Below, in pieces: positions 1 to 12,672 of a stretch of 64,000 nt of DNA; positions within the stretch are counted from its first letter, which is position 1, and each line of letters begins with the position of its first letter. Origin of the DNA: Camelus dromedarius (lineage: Eukaryota). The notes beneath the pieces are model-generated. The model ran no database searches. It saw nothing but the letters and a program-made list of their open reading frames with translations, and was not told the DNA's origin. Location of the stretch: positions 72,294,001-72,358,000 of the forward strand of contig NC_087436.1 of NCBI RefSeq assembly GCF_036321535.1, written 5' to 3'. A program made the position numbers and the translations under genes.

Positions 1-326
1 AGTGCCAGAGTATTATCTAAACATCCACACCCACTTTGCATGTTAGGTGATGTTAATTCCATTATAGAGTTGTGGTAACCATCTCAGAAAGGTTAAGGAA
101 GCTCCCAAGGCCGGATTGTCAGGAGGTTGAGCAGATCAGTCGGACTTCCAGCTCCCAGCTCTTTCTTTCACTGTCCTGCCTTTCACACAGGCCAGCGGTA
201 TGTTAGCTAGTTTTTCAGAGAGGAACTAACCCATAAACCAGCTCTTAGAGGTGGAGTAGGAATTTGTCAGGGGGAAAAGGGAAGAATGAAACTGACACAT
301 GATAAAAAGTAGAAAGACATAAGGTC

Positions 327-1418
327 GTATGAACTGCTTATATATTCTGGAGATCAAGCCTTTGTCAGTTTCATCTTTTGCAAAAATTTTCTCCCATTCC
401 ATAGGTTGTTCTTTTGTTTTGTTTATGGCTTCCTTTGCTGTGCAGAAGCTTGAAAACAAACAACCCAATCCAAAAATGGGCAGAAGACCTAAACAAGCAA
501 TTTTCCAAGGAAGAAATGCAAATGATCAATAAGCACATTAAAAAATGCTCAATATCACTAATTATCAGAGAAATGCAAATCAAAACTACGATGAGCTATC
601 ACCTCACACCAGTCAGAATGGCCATCATTCAACAGTTCACAATTGACAAATGCTGGAGAGGCTGTGGGGAAAAGGGATCCCTTCTACACTGCTGGTGGGA
701 ATGCAGTTTGGTGCCACCACTGTGGAAAACAGTATGGAGATTCCTCAAAAGACTAGGAGTAGGCTTACCATATGACCCAGGAATCCCACTCCTGGACATA
801 TATCCAGAAGGAACCTTACATCAAAAAGACACCTGCACCCAATGTTCATAACAGCACTATTTACAGTAGCCAAGACATGGAAACAGCCTAAATGTCCATC
901 GACAAATGACTGGATAAAGAAGAGGTGGTATATTTATACAATGGAATACTATTCAGCCATAAAAATAGCGACATAACACCATTTGCAGCAACATGTGTGT
1001 CCCTGGAGAATGTCATTCTAAGTGAATTAAGCCAGAAAGAGAAAGAAAAATACCATATGAGATCGCTCATATGTGGAATCTGAAAAAAAAGAACAATACA
1101 AAACAGAAACAGACTCATAGACATAGAATACAAACTTGTGGTTGCCAGCGGGGAGGAGGGTGGAAGGGACAGACTGGGAGTTCGAAATTTATAGATACTG
1201 ACAGGCATATGTAGAATAGATAAACAAGATTATACTGTATAGCACAGGGAAAATATACAATCTTGTGGTAGCTCACAGTGAAAAAGAATGCAACGATGGA
1301 TATACATATGTTCATGTGTAACTGAAAAATTGTGCTCTATGCTGGAAATTGACACAGCATTGTAAACTGACTATAACTCAATAAAAAAAAATGTAAAATA
1401 AAAAAAAAGAAAAGAAAA
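327..1418 (+). mobile_element. 5'-truncated LINE-1 with inverted 5' segment (327-452 antisense, 453-1418 sense)
   Basis: ORF2 C-terminus ([34 protein letters not shown]), 3'UTR and A-rich tail at 1380-1418. The antisense piece reads [18 protein letters not shown]. Possible degenerate TSD agaaagacataaggtc/agagagacttaagttc. Confidence 0.92.
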
Positions 1419-3156
1419 GAGAGACTTAAGTTCAAGTCCTCAGCGCGTTGATCATTCTGCAGAACTAAGTGCCAATGAGGAAGGTAAATGATGGTCTCCC
1501 AACTAGTTTTCACTCATTTGGTGTTTTTCACTTTTGGTCCACCTTGTGCATCATCACCCAAATTATCTTCAAAGTCCAAAGTCCTTAGCATGGCACCCAA
1601 GGGTGTGCCACACTCACTTCCCCTCTGTGCCTTAGTTTCCTCATCTCTAAAATGGGGATGGGTGTCTACTTCATATATTACTGTGAGGACTAAATGGATG
1701 ATTTATGCAAAACACGTGGCATAGTTCCTCATACATAGTCTGTGTTTAAAAATCAGCAAGCATTAATTATTATTATTCTTTCAATATTGCTCTTAATCCA
1801 CAATCCCAGTCAGTTTGGAGTGTTGAGTCAGGCAGTTAACAGAGTAATCCTTGGTGATAAGTAGCCAATAAAAAGTTGTAATAACAATAAGTTTCTCAAA
1901 ACAAATAAGCTTTGAGAGAATACATTGGAAATGGGGTGTGGGTGGTACATACTTTTTTGCTTATATTCCTTTTACTTCCTGCTTCAAACAACATGCTTAG
2001 TTAGATTCAATAACTTGTAGGTATGACTCAAAAGGCCAAAGGACCTAAGCAAATTTTACAAAGTCTACCAATGCTGGTGACTTGTAAATCTTCCCTTCAG
2101 AATTAGCTCGGCTAACTAGCCTGAGAACTCTTTCAAGCTGCCGCCTTTATCAGCAACAGCATTTGGGAGAGGGTTTTCCTGCTGGGAAGAGTCTGCTGTA
2201 TAACATTCATGGAGTGATAAGGATTGAATGAGCTTGAACTTTTTTTTCTTTCCTTCTTTCTTTCTCTTTTTTTTTTTTTTCCTGGCTGGAAGTAGTCAGC
2301 AGAAAATGCCCACAAACAAGGCTTTTCCCGCATAGTCACAGGTCCTATCAACAGAACAAAACCACCAAAGGGTATTTTGCTCCCAGATGTCCTTCTGCAT
2401 TTTTAAAATGCTTGCTTTTTTTCCCCCTTATAAGGCCTTTGTGGTAAAAACAGTTTCCTCTTCAATGCATACAGCATTGAGGGCTTATTTTGTTATAAAA
2501 ATATTTTTATACTTTCTCTCATTCCAAAAGACAATGAATGCATGCTCATTATAGATAGCATAGTGATACAGAGGAAATAAGGAGGAAATTTTTAAAAAAC
2601 TGTAATTTCACTGCTCTAAAACGTTCTTTTTCTTTTTCAAAATATTGGTCACTTGATATAGTTATAAGGTGAACAGCTAATTTTCAATAAAATATCATTG
2701 TACACAGTCACCAAGGAACACAGTAATGACTTCATTGCACTGAAACTAGTTAGGGAGCATTCCTGTCCCAATTTTGGATAATAAGTTTTTCCTTGGGCAG
2801 AGAAATAGCATAAAACTCAAGTGCCCTAGCATCCACTTACACATTTGTAGATACTGTATATGTATGTATTGACTGTGCGGGTGTATGTATGTATTTAAAG
2901 ACACACACTGTTGCTGAAATATCAGCCCCCGTCGCTGACAAGCCAAATAACTCAGAGAGAGGGTCTTGGAGCTTACAAAAAAAGAGGCAGCTTTATTACT
3001 TTGCTGGGCAAAGGGGACTCACAGCAGGATAGTGCCTTTAAAGCTGTAAACCCCCCTTGGGGATGGGGCAGGGTGATTATATAGCCATAGCTCAAACAAT
3101 GAAGCATCAATGACAGTAACAGAATTATTTTCTCATCAGAAGACTTGGAGTGGCAC

Positions 3157-3796
3157 TGAGACAGGAAGGGGGCAGGGCACAGCCATTCAAGGAATGCTAC
3201 AGCGATTAACATCAAAATAGTGAAAGATTCAACCCCCAGTGGGCCTTGAGGCTCAAGATAGTGGGAGATTTGACTTCTAGTAGACCTTGAGCTTCATTAT
3301 AGGCCCATTGTAATGTATTAACATGGTGAATAACATGCCCACAGGTGCCATGACAGTCCCAAGGCTAGCCATAGAAGGTCAAAGAGTGGGAAATGGCCAA
3401 CTTCCTGGGAATCCCAGCCCCTTCCTCAGGCTAGTTAAATGGTCCTTTCACTTATTAGCTTCTCAAGCCACTGAGTCCATAAAAACCTGGCAACACAGCA
3501 CCTCATGGGGCCACCTCTCTCTCTCTCTCTCTCCATTCGGAGATGACCCACACTCTGTCTATGGAGTGTGTACCTACTTTTACTCTAATCTGAGCACCCA
3601 ACCCCTTACCTCACGGCTTTTCTCTTGCCTTTCAATGTATCTCTCTAAATAAATCTACCTTTACTCAACTGTGGCTCGCTCTTGAGGTCTTTCCTGTGCG
3701 AAGCTAAGGACTCACACTTGGCGGGGCACGTCCCAGGGGCTCAAATGAAGCCTGGGACACCGCACTCCTCACTCCCCACATCTGTTTCCGGCATCA
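3157..3796 (+). mobile_element. Solo LTR (family Y, copy 1) nested in X1
   Basis: TGAGACAGG..GCATCA ends, TATA-like cataaaaa near 3478, AATAAA near 3648. Homologous to the reverse complement of 8615-9239. Confidence 0.85.
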
Positions 3797-3922
3797 GTGT
3801 CATAATGTCTCCAGGTGACCAATTCTATAGAGGCTAACGGTTGTCACTTTTTCGATCTCTTTATCTCATAAGTGCCCAAGGTGTGGTCTTTTTGGTATTT
3901 AGCCTACTTTGCAAGGGTACAG

Positions 3923-4501
3923 TGAAGGAGGATTAATAAAATGGCTGCACTTAGGCTAACAGATTGCTTATTCTTATGCTCGCCCTTCGAACAGTCAACC
4001 CACCTGACTGATCGGTTGCTACTCACAGCTCCAGGCCCACTGCTAAAACTAAAGCGATTGATCTTACTGTTTCTACTATATTCCAGCAATCAAAAGCTAT
4101 AATTATGCTTCATCTCTGAGTCAATCTCCAGGGAGAAGGTCACAAGATCGTGACCTTACAAAATAGCCTGAATTACCAAGAAGACCACACCTTGAGTGCT
4201 TACAAGATAAAGAGATCTAACAGCTGGCCTCTATAGAATTGGTTGCCTGGAGGCATCATGTCGCTATTCTAAGTCTTCTGATGAGAAAATGATTCTGTTG
4301 CTTGTTATCAGTGCTTCATTGTTCGAGCTTGGCTATATAACCACCCCACCCCATCCCCAAAGTGGGGTCACAGTTTTGAAGACACTCGCCTGCTGTGAGT
4401 CCCCTTTGTTCAGCAAAGTAATAAAGCTCCCACTTTTCTTCTAAACTCCAAGACCTTGTCTCTGAGTTATTTGGCTCATCAGGGATGATCTTTCGGCAAC
4501 A
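3923..4501 (+). mobile_element. Solo ERV1-type LTR (family X, copy 2) inserted antisense into X1
   Basis: TGAAGGAGG..GGCAACA ends, perfect TSD acag (3919-3922/4502-4505), ctatataa near 4333, AATAAA near 4420. Confidence 0.9.
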
Positions 4502-4794
4502 ACAGTTCTGTGACTTTCTCCCTGGACGTAGACTCAGATAATGAGCATGATTATAGCTTTTGATTACTGGAACATAGTAGAGACAGTAAGATCAATAGCT
4601 TTAGTTTTCACAGTGGGCCTGGAACTGTGAGTAGCAACTGGCCAGTTAGGTCAGTTGACCGTTCTAAGGGCAAGTATAAGAACAAACAGTCTGTTAGTCT
4701 AAATGTGGCCATTTTATTAATCCTCCTTCAACACATCCCTAAAACAAGTTCATAATGCAATACTTGTACCTACTTTGTATGTTGTGTGTTTAAA

Positions 4795-5535
4795 TTAATT
4801 TTTTATTATAGTACAGTTGATTTACAATGTTGTGTTAGATTAGGTGCACAGCAAAGTGATTCAGTTATACATACGCATATATATGAAATGGAGCAGGATA
4901 CTGTGGGATCCTGCCTGGTACAGATAACTTCTGTGGCCTCCATTTCTTGTTAGTGAGGGATAGGCTTCATTCAGCCTCCTGGATCTTCCCTGAGTTCCAA
5001 AGGGCAGATTCAAACCTTTGCTAATCAGGGAAGGGAGGGAATGCAGGTGAAACAGTCAAAACACAATAGCACAGCCTCGGGGCAGGGTGCTGGTTCCTCC
5101 TCAAGGAATATACATACCAATACCTTTGAGTTCTCCTGTAGGAACTAAAGCCCCCACCAGGTGGAGGGTGGGAACTTCGGTGGCTGTGAAAGAGCCCTCG
5201 AGCACCGTCCTGTTACCTTAGCACCAGCCAGTTGAGAAGAAAGTCACACACCCGGCAGCCCTCGCCCCAAACTGTGCCTATAAAATCTTTTCCTGAAAAC
5301 CGTCGGGGAGTTCAGGCTTTCTGAGAATGTGCTGCCCATCCTCCTGGCTTGGCCCTGCAGTAAACCTTTCTCCAAACCACGACTTTTTGATTTGTTTGGC
5401 CTCACTGTGCATTGGGCACAGGAGCTTTTGTTTGGTAACATACGTGTGTAAGTATGTATTCTCCAGATTCCTTTCCGTTATAGGTTATCACAAGACATTG
5501 AACATAGTTTCTTGTGCTGTACAGTAGGCCTTTGC
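4795..5535 (-). mobile_element. L1 3'-end fragment split by LTR Z1
   Basis: L1 3'UTR antisense motifs (gatttacaatgttgtgttag..gcaaagtgattcagttatac) continue after 5440 (ccagattcctttccgttataggttatcacaag). Confidence 0.75.
4884..5440 (+). mobile_element. Solo LTR (family Z, copy 1)
   Basis: TGAAATGGAGCAGG..GGTAACA ends, cctataaaa near 5277. Clearly homologous to 6596-7191. Confidence 0.85.
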
Positions 5536-5753
5536 TTTTATGATGTGTTTTGATATTTTATTTCCTATACTGTCCTATCCTACTTCATCCACTTTTTAAG
5601 AAATGTTGGCTACAAGCTTATAAAGTGATTTCAAAACCCACTGATGAATCGTTACTTGTAGTTTAAAAACATTGTCTAGTTCTTTGAAGAGTCAAGTTTC
5701 AGCATTCCAACATAACATGTGGGAAGCCACACTCTAATTAGTGCTTCCCAAGA

Positions 5754-6584
5754 TGTTGGTGAGTCAGTAGGGGCAGGATGCATGTGACCAGCAGGACAGT
5801 TAAATCTTGCCTATAGTGCACCTTTAATTTCAATCTGCAGGCCCGACCTGGGCTGGGAGTCTTTGGGAACACCATTGAGGGGTAGCTTTTGAAGAGAAGA
5901 TGTAGCACCAAGTGTTAGAGCAGGCAGATAGCTAGACCTGAGCAGAGGAAGGGGAATGCAGGCCAAATGGCAGAAATTGGGCAGAAAGGAGAGACACAGG
6001 CCCAATGCAGGAAACCATACATCATGTAAACACCACGGGTCCCTGGGCAGAGAAAGAAAAGCAGGAACCTCTAGGCTGATAAGTGGTCACATTTTGGGGG
6101 GTGATAAGTGGCCCAGAGGCCAACAAAGAAAGGTGGGAAAAGGCAGGAATCTCCAGTGTCTGAATGTAACCTTTTGCTCATTATGCCCTCATTTCAATAA
6201 AATTAGCCTTGCAGATCAGAAGTACCCTTCATGCACCGATGCCATGACACTTCTGATCAAGACTAAATAATGACAAAAATCCCTCCTCTCTTTGGGAAGG
6301 TGGAGTTGGAAAGAAAATCAGAGAATATGACCCCAGACCCTTCCCTCTCTAATGGATATTCCACCCATTCACTTTTTCACCCTATGTAACCAACTTGCTG
6401 AAGAAACTGGGGCAGCCGCTCCCCTGAGCCTTCCCGCTCTCCCCTTGAGAGTGTACTATCCATCCTTTAATAATAAATTCTCACTTTATTTGTATTCCCA
6501 CTTATATTCACTGCCCATTCCACTTGAACCATGTGCGTCTTAGTTCGGGGTCTAATGTAAACTGAATTGAGAGCAAAAAGTACA
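5754..6584 (+). mobile_element. Solo LTR (family W), ends approximate
   Basis: TG start, LTR-like U3/R layout, AATAAA near 6472, CA end. No TSD found. Confidence 0.6.
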
Positions 6585-6595
6585 TTGCTTTCTTG

Positions 6596-7191
6596 TGAAA
6601 TGGAGCAGGACCCTGTGGGATTACCCCAGGTACAAATCCTTTCTGTGTCCCCCATTCCTTTTTTGTAGGAAATGGGCTTCACAGCCTCCTTGACCTTACC
6701 TGAGTTCCAAAAGGCAGATTCAAAGAGTTCGCTAATCAGAGAAGGGAGGGAATGCAGAAACAAGGGGGGAACAGTCAAGAAACAATAGCACAGCCTTGCG
6801 GCAGGGTCCTGGTTCCTCCTCAAGGAATATACATATCAATGTCTTTGAGTTCTTCTGCAGGAACTAAAGCCCACACTCGGGTGGAGGATGGTAACTTCCC
6901 GCTGAACACAAGGTTCCTGGAAGATTGTTACCTCAGCACAAACCAATCAGAAGAAAGTCACATATCCTGCAGATCTCTTCCTCCAGATTTTGCCTATAAA
7001 ATCTTCTCCCTGAAAGCCATCAGGGAGTTCAGTTTGGTTTTTTTTTTTTTTTTTTTTTTTTTTGGTGGAGGTGTACAAGCCATCTGTTCTCCTTGCTTGG
7101 CCCTGAAATAAACTTTCTCTGCTCCAAACCACGATGTTTTGGTTTGTTTGGCTTCACTGTGCATCGGGCATATGAACTTTGTTCAGTAGCA
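6596..7191 (+). mobile_element. Solo LTR (family Z, copy 2)
   Basis: Same termini and internal sequence as 4884-5440, with cctataaaa near 6994, AATAAA near 7107 and an expanded internal poly-T. Confidence 0.85.
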
Positions 7192-7877
7192 ATAGGAGCC
7201 AACGTGGGCCTGGCTCAGAATTGGAAACCAAAAAGCAGAAGTTACTTTCCTTCCCTGTCTCTGGAGCTTTAGCCCCAGAGCACATATCATTTCCAAACAG
7301 TGGTGGCCACAAGCCTCGAGCTAACAGGCAACCCATTAGGAACATGGCCAACAAGCTATTACTTCCTCTGCCCAGAGCTGCAGCCCAAAGCTTGGGTGCA
7401 GATAACTAGTTAATGTGGGGCCAACTGACATCCTTCAAAGTCCAACAACCCCCATCTCTGGGCTCTCAGATGTCTGCCTGCAACCCCTCAACAGATAAAG
7501 TACTTTCTTTCCTGGGTATTTTTCCTCTAGGGAATGCCAAATCTCACAATAGCTCAGGCTGGCTCATTTCAGCCCAACTTATCAGAGTCATAAACCCCAC
7601 TGCCCTTCATAGACCCTAAACCTCTTACCTCACCTACAACCAATCAGAGACTTGTGCACAAGCTGATCGGGCACCTTGTGAACCAACCTTATAAAACACC
7701 TCTACAACTGACTCGGGGCTCAAACAGGCCCCTCTCATCCCTGTGGCTCACTGTTGTCTATGGCGGCATACCCTAATAAATTCCTTTCCATTCTCATACT
7801 TTTATCTCTGGTAAATTCTTTTACCAACCTGCAAGTCACTGGCTCACCGATCAGCTGCCACGTTGTGTCCTACAACA
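7192..7877 (+). mobile_element. Solo LTR (family V) abutting Z2
   Basis: CCAAT near 7641, ttataaaa near 7689, AATAAA near 7775, ends ..cctacaaca. Confidence 0.7.
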
Positions 7878-8614
7878 GTTAAGAAAAAAAAGTTTAACCT
7901 GAGATACACAAGCTGTGTTTTCCCTCCCTGGTAACAAATAAAGGAAAATCAAACAACAAAACCACAAGATTTATCAACCCACATGTCTATAAGATTATAA
8001 AATCCACAGGACACCTGGTAATTGGGAGCCTGGCTTAACTGTCTAGCAAAGAAAACAAAGAAAGAAGATAAACTTTGCAAATAATCTTGTCAAATATTTA
8101 TTTCTTTGTTGAGGTAGACACTACATGGGATTGTGCTATTATTAGCCTGTGATGTGGTGAGAGGTAGTAAAACTTGAAAGCTGAGCAGTCTTCGAGCAGA
8201 GTTGGAACAATCAGCTCTTATCAGCTGTGTTGGAGGAACAGTCTTCTTTTCCTGGTAATTCTAGGAATGATGGCAGGATCTAATGATGCAAAAAGGATAA
8301 AGCAATTTATACAGGTCTCTATCAGAATAACAATTAGACTGCACTGTGATTATCTGTTTTCCCTCTTTAGATGAGGGAATAAAGGTCATGCCTATTAACC
8401 TCTCTTCATTCCCACTTCCAGAAAAATGCCTGATGGAGTAGGTGCTAAATAAATGTTTGTCAGATATTAACTATATGGAGGGAAACAATAATGCAGTTAG
8501 TCCTATTATGTACTGGTGCAGCTGGGTGCTGGATGAGGCATCTTGCTAACAGAAAGTTGTTTGAACTTTAAAGACTCTTTTCCCAACTCCTGACTTTGTT
8601 AAGCTCAGAGATTT

Positions 8615-9239
8615 TGACACAGGGCACGAGAGGATGGCCATGTCCCACGTCTCAGATGCGTCCCTGGCATGCACCCCATCAAGTGAGAGTCCTTGACTGT
8701 GAGCAGGAAAGAATTCAAGAGCGAGCCACAGTAGAGTAAAAGTAGGTGCACACTCCACAGACCGAGTGGAGGCCATCTCAGAAGGCCAGAGAGGCCACGA
8801 GGTGTGGAGGTGGTGTTTAAAGTAAAAGTAGACACACACTCTATAGATAGACTTCCAGCCGTCTCACTCAGAAGGGAGGGGGCCACGAGGTGTAGGGGGT
8901 GTTAGTTTTTATGAGCTTGGTTATTTCATATGTTAATAAGTGGGAGGATTGCTCCAACTGCTTTGGGAAAGGGGTGAGGATTCCCAGCACTGAGCTACTG
9001 CTTACTTTTGAGATTTTATGGTTAGCCTCAGAATAGCCATGGTGCCTGTGGGTGTGCCATTTACACACAATATTATATTACAATGAGCACGTAATGAAGC
9101 TCAAGGTCTACTGGAAGTCAAATCTCCTGCCATCTTGGGCCTCAAGGTCTACTGGGAGTTGACTTTTCCACCATCTTGGTGCTAACTGCTGTGTCATTCC
9201 TTTAATGGCTGTGCCCCGTCCCCTTTTCTTCCTGTTTCA
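8615..9239 (-). mobile_element. Solo LTR (family Y, copy 2)
   Basis: Reverse complement of 3157-3796, TSD attt/gttt, internal tandem duplications. Confidence 0.82.
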
Positions 9240-11664
9240 GTTTCACCAAATTATGCATACACACTGTAACACACTCATGCATTTGCCGCATCAGTGATTT
9301 ATATGATTTTTTTTGTTAGAGTCACATCTGTAACTATCATGGAATCTGCTAAGGGTTCCCCTCATCTGTCCATATACACCCTTCAATTACACATCAATGC
9401 TATAATGTGTGCTCATTAGACATTTGATCGTTGATATTTACATTTGATGTATAACATACATATAGGTAAAATACATAAAACAAAGCCATCCTTTCTCCAC
9501 TTCCACCATAATTTCCACCATATTTAATTGGATCTCATATTTCTTTACTATCATCATCCACTTCAGAAATAATAACCAATGAACTAGCTCAGTCATACAC
9601 TCCTTTGAAATAAGGTTCATTCAGAATCCTCTACCTCTAAGATTACCTGACTATATGGACACAGCCCAGAAGGGAAAAATAAAAACAAAAATATTTCTGG
9701 CCAAAAAATTGGAGAATAATGAGCATTGGAAAATACTGTGGACATTATGCTCAATATCAAGTTTTTATGACTCCTAATTTCCCTAGTTGAAATCTGTATT
9801 TTCTTGCTAAGCATTTTATTTTCCTTTGTGGTTATACATTCTTGTCAACTTCCTAAATTTTGTTTCCATAATACCGTGATGTCGTAATGATGTTTTCATT
9901 TCTAAAGCAAATCTCTTATGTGATTATTTCTAAGAGAAGTTTTTTCATTTCCTTTTCCTTTTGCAATTTTGGCAATCCCGTATTTCTTCTTGTTACACTA
10001 TATGATAATGATATCATTTATTTAGTTCATGCCACTTCCAGAAATTTCAGGAAATAATTTAAGAAAATAGAGATGAAAGGAAATGTATAAAAAAATTTAG
10101 AAACCAATAAACCACACACACACACAAAAAATCCTGACAAAATCTAATATATTGACTAGTTCTCAATGTTAACTGAATGATTTTAAGTATTTGTAGACTG
10201 ATCATATCAACAGATTGTCATGCCAGGAATAGAAAAATAAGTGATCTAGCATTGTAGAAGAAAGTAGGCACTCTGAAAAATAATCTTATGTGAGAAGTTG
10301 GACTTTATCCAACATTACACCTCCTATGACACCTATCACTGCCGTATAAACACAGATAATAATAAAGTATATGGAATGAATAGCTATCATCCTACCCAGA
10401 TCTTGTACATTTAACTACCTGGACCCTCCCATCTACTATCAGGCAGGTGGTCCATAAAGGCCAAATGTACTCCAGCTGCATTTGTGGTAATTAACCAGGA
10501 CCTCCTTTGCTTTATTCTTGACATTGCTCCCATTCTGTTCCAGATCTAGGCAGCACAGGCCCTTTGTTTTTGAATGTATTGATAGGTCCCACTTGTATTC
10601 TTTGGACTTGTCAGCAGACCTTTTCCAAGTCCTCAGAACTTTCTAGAGACTTGGTTCAGACTCATTTGTCTGGTTGCCTGAGGTAGGATACACCTCTCCA
10701 TCTCTTACACTCGAATTTGAAGTCTGGCCCCTCTGGGTTTGCCTATGTCCTCTGAGAGGTATTACCCAAATGCTGAGTGCTCAAAATAAGTAAAATAAAG
10801 TAAGGAAATCTAGGCTGTTGAATCCTTCAAGAATAGTTTCCTGGTGTCCCACCCTCAGGACACACTGGTTATGGAATAGTGGCCTGAAACCATTTATTCA
10901 TGCAATATTTCAATAAACATTTGTTGAATGCTTAGTATGAGTAAGAACCAGACTTACATTGGAGATAGAGATGGAAAGAGAAATAAGATGTGACAGCTGG
11001 CTTGCAGAGTGCATAATCCTGCATGAGGGTATGTAAACCAATGGTGCCCCACAATGTGCTCTGTATCCAAGGGCCAAGCTAAACACTTGGATGGAGTTAC
11101 GGGATTTCTGATGGAGGTGACATTTGAAATGGCTCCTCAGTGGCAAGGGAACTTCTGGTGTCTGGGCCATGCTTATCCTCCTGCTCTCTATGCCTAGCTG
11201 CCTTGATGCTAAACTCCAGGTTAAAGAAATAAACTGTTTATTTTTGTTCTCAAGTCATGCTGCACTGCCTTTGCTCATTTGGTCCTCTTTTTCAGGAATG
11301 GGTACCCTACCTACTCTCCTTAGGTAGTACCCTCCCCTCTAGCAAGTTTTCTCTGATAGCTCCCACCCTTCCAGGAAGAGAAGTCAGACGACCCCTCCTC
11401 TGAGGGGCTGTAAAACTCTGTAAATTGCTGAGTATCATGGGCCTCCAGACAATTTCATGTCTTTATGCCCTACTCCCATAGATTGTGAATTTGGTGGTGG
11501 CAGAGTCCTTTTTTTTTTGTAACCTATTTTAGAACCCAGTTTAGTTCTTAGCTTATAAGTGGTAGATAAATGTTGAAGAGATAAATGGATAGACAGATTA
11601 AATAGAGTAAATAGTTTTACCCTTGTTGGAAAGTTACTTGTAGCAGAAATGTGAAAGATGGATG

Positions 11665-12130
11665 GTGTTAAGCCAGGCTATTGGCAAGAGATGAACATCT
11701 AATTGAAATGGTCTTAAAAAAAAAAAAAAAAAGAAAATCTGTTGGCCTACATAGTGTTCATGAATAAATCAGAGTCACCTGGAGGGCACAGGTATTCAAA
11801 CAAGGTCCTTAGTCATTTATCTCATTTAATGTGCTTTCCTCTGGACCAATTTTATTCTTAGAAAGGCTCTTACCAAGCATTGGCTTACATCTAAGCCCCA
11901 TTTTAGCAGTTTAAAAATCCCAGGAAGAATTAAGAACTTCTTTTTCAATTGTTTCAATAAAAATTCTAGAGACTGTTTCTTATTGAGCCAGGCTTAGGTC
12001 ACGTTCCCATCTTTGAGTCAGTCAGTAGGGTAGGGGGTGGGCCTTGATAGGAAGGAACTGAGAGATGGGTCATCCCATCTGAACCTGATAGACTGAGAAC
12101 AGAGTAAATCTAGGGTGTTATCAGAATAAG
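11665..12130. mobile_element. Old MaLR (MLT1-like) LTR remnant
   Basis: Degenerate MLT1-like motifs (ggcttaggtcacgttcccatctttgagtcagtc). Boundaries approximate. Confidence 0.45.
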
Positions 12131-12190
12131 GAAAAAGGAGAGCCAGACATACAGTCTCTGGGGAGACTGAATAGAGGGGCTAACACTTGA

Positions 12191-12672
12191 TGTAGTTCAC
12201 GGCAGGATTCCACCCAATATTCCACTTTGGCATATTTATTATTTTGAATTAAAGTTACTTAAGAAACAACTGGTATAAGAAGGAAACTCTGACCCTCTGT
12301 TTTTCCCTTGAAAGCAGGAAATAAATGTGCCCTTCCTATACCAGGAGAAAAAGAGACATCCTTATCATCAGAGATAGATAATTTAGGGCCAAGAAGGCTA
12401 TACAAATGAATTTGTTACTTCTCCATTAATTTACTACCCCAAGCCCAAACTCCTTTGTCTTCTCATTTCTTCACAATTGTATTGCCATTTTGCCCTAATG
12501 GTAGAAAAGCTGCCTACTTTGGTCTTTTCTTTGAGTCTCATATTTTTATGGGGCTCCTTTATGAACAAAATTATATTTCTCTTTCTCCTGTTACTCTGTA
12601 TTATGCCAACTTCATTATTAGGCCAGCCAAACAATCAAGAAGGAAAGAGGGGAAACATTTTCTTCCCCTACA
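12191..12672 (+). mobile_element. Old ERV1-like solo LTR
   Basis: TGTAG..cttcccctACA ends with LTR-like interior. Confidence 0.55.

Larger units (their letters stand above)
2909..4730 (-). mobile_element. Solo ERV1-type LTR (family X, copy 1) interrupted by two younger LTRs
   Basis: TG..CA ends and a perfect 4-bp TSD acac (2905-2908/4731-4734). Its pieces are the reverse complement of 3923-4501. Confidence 0.88.
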
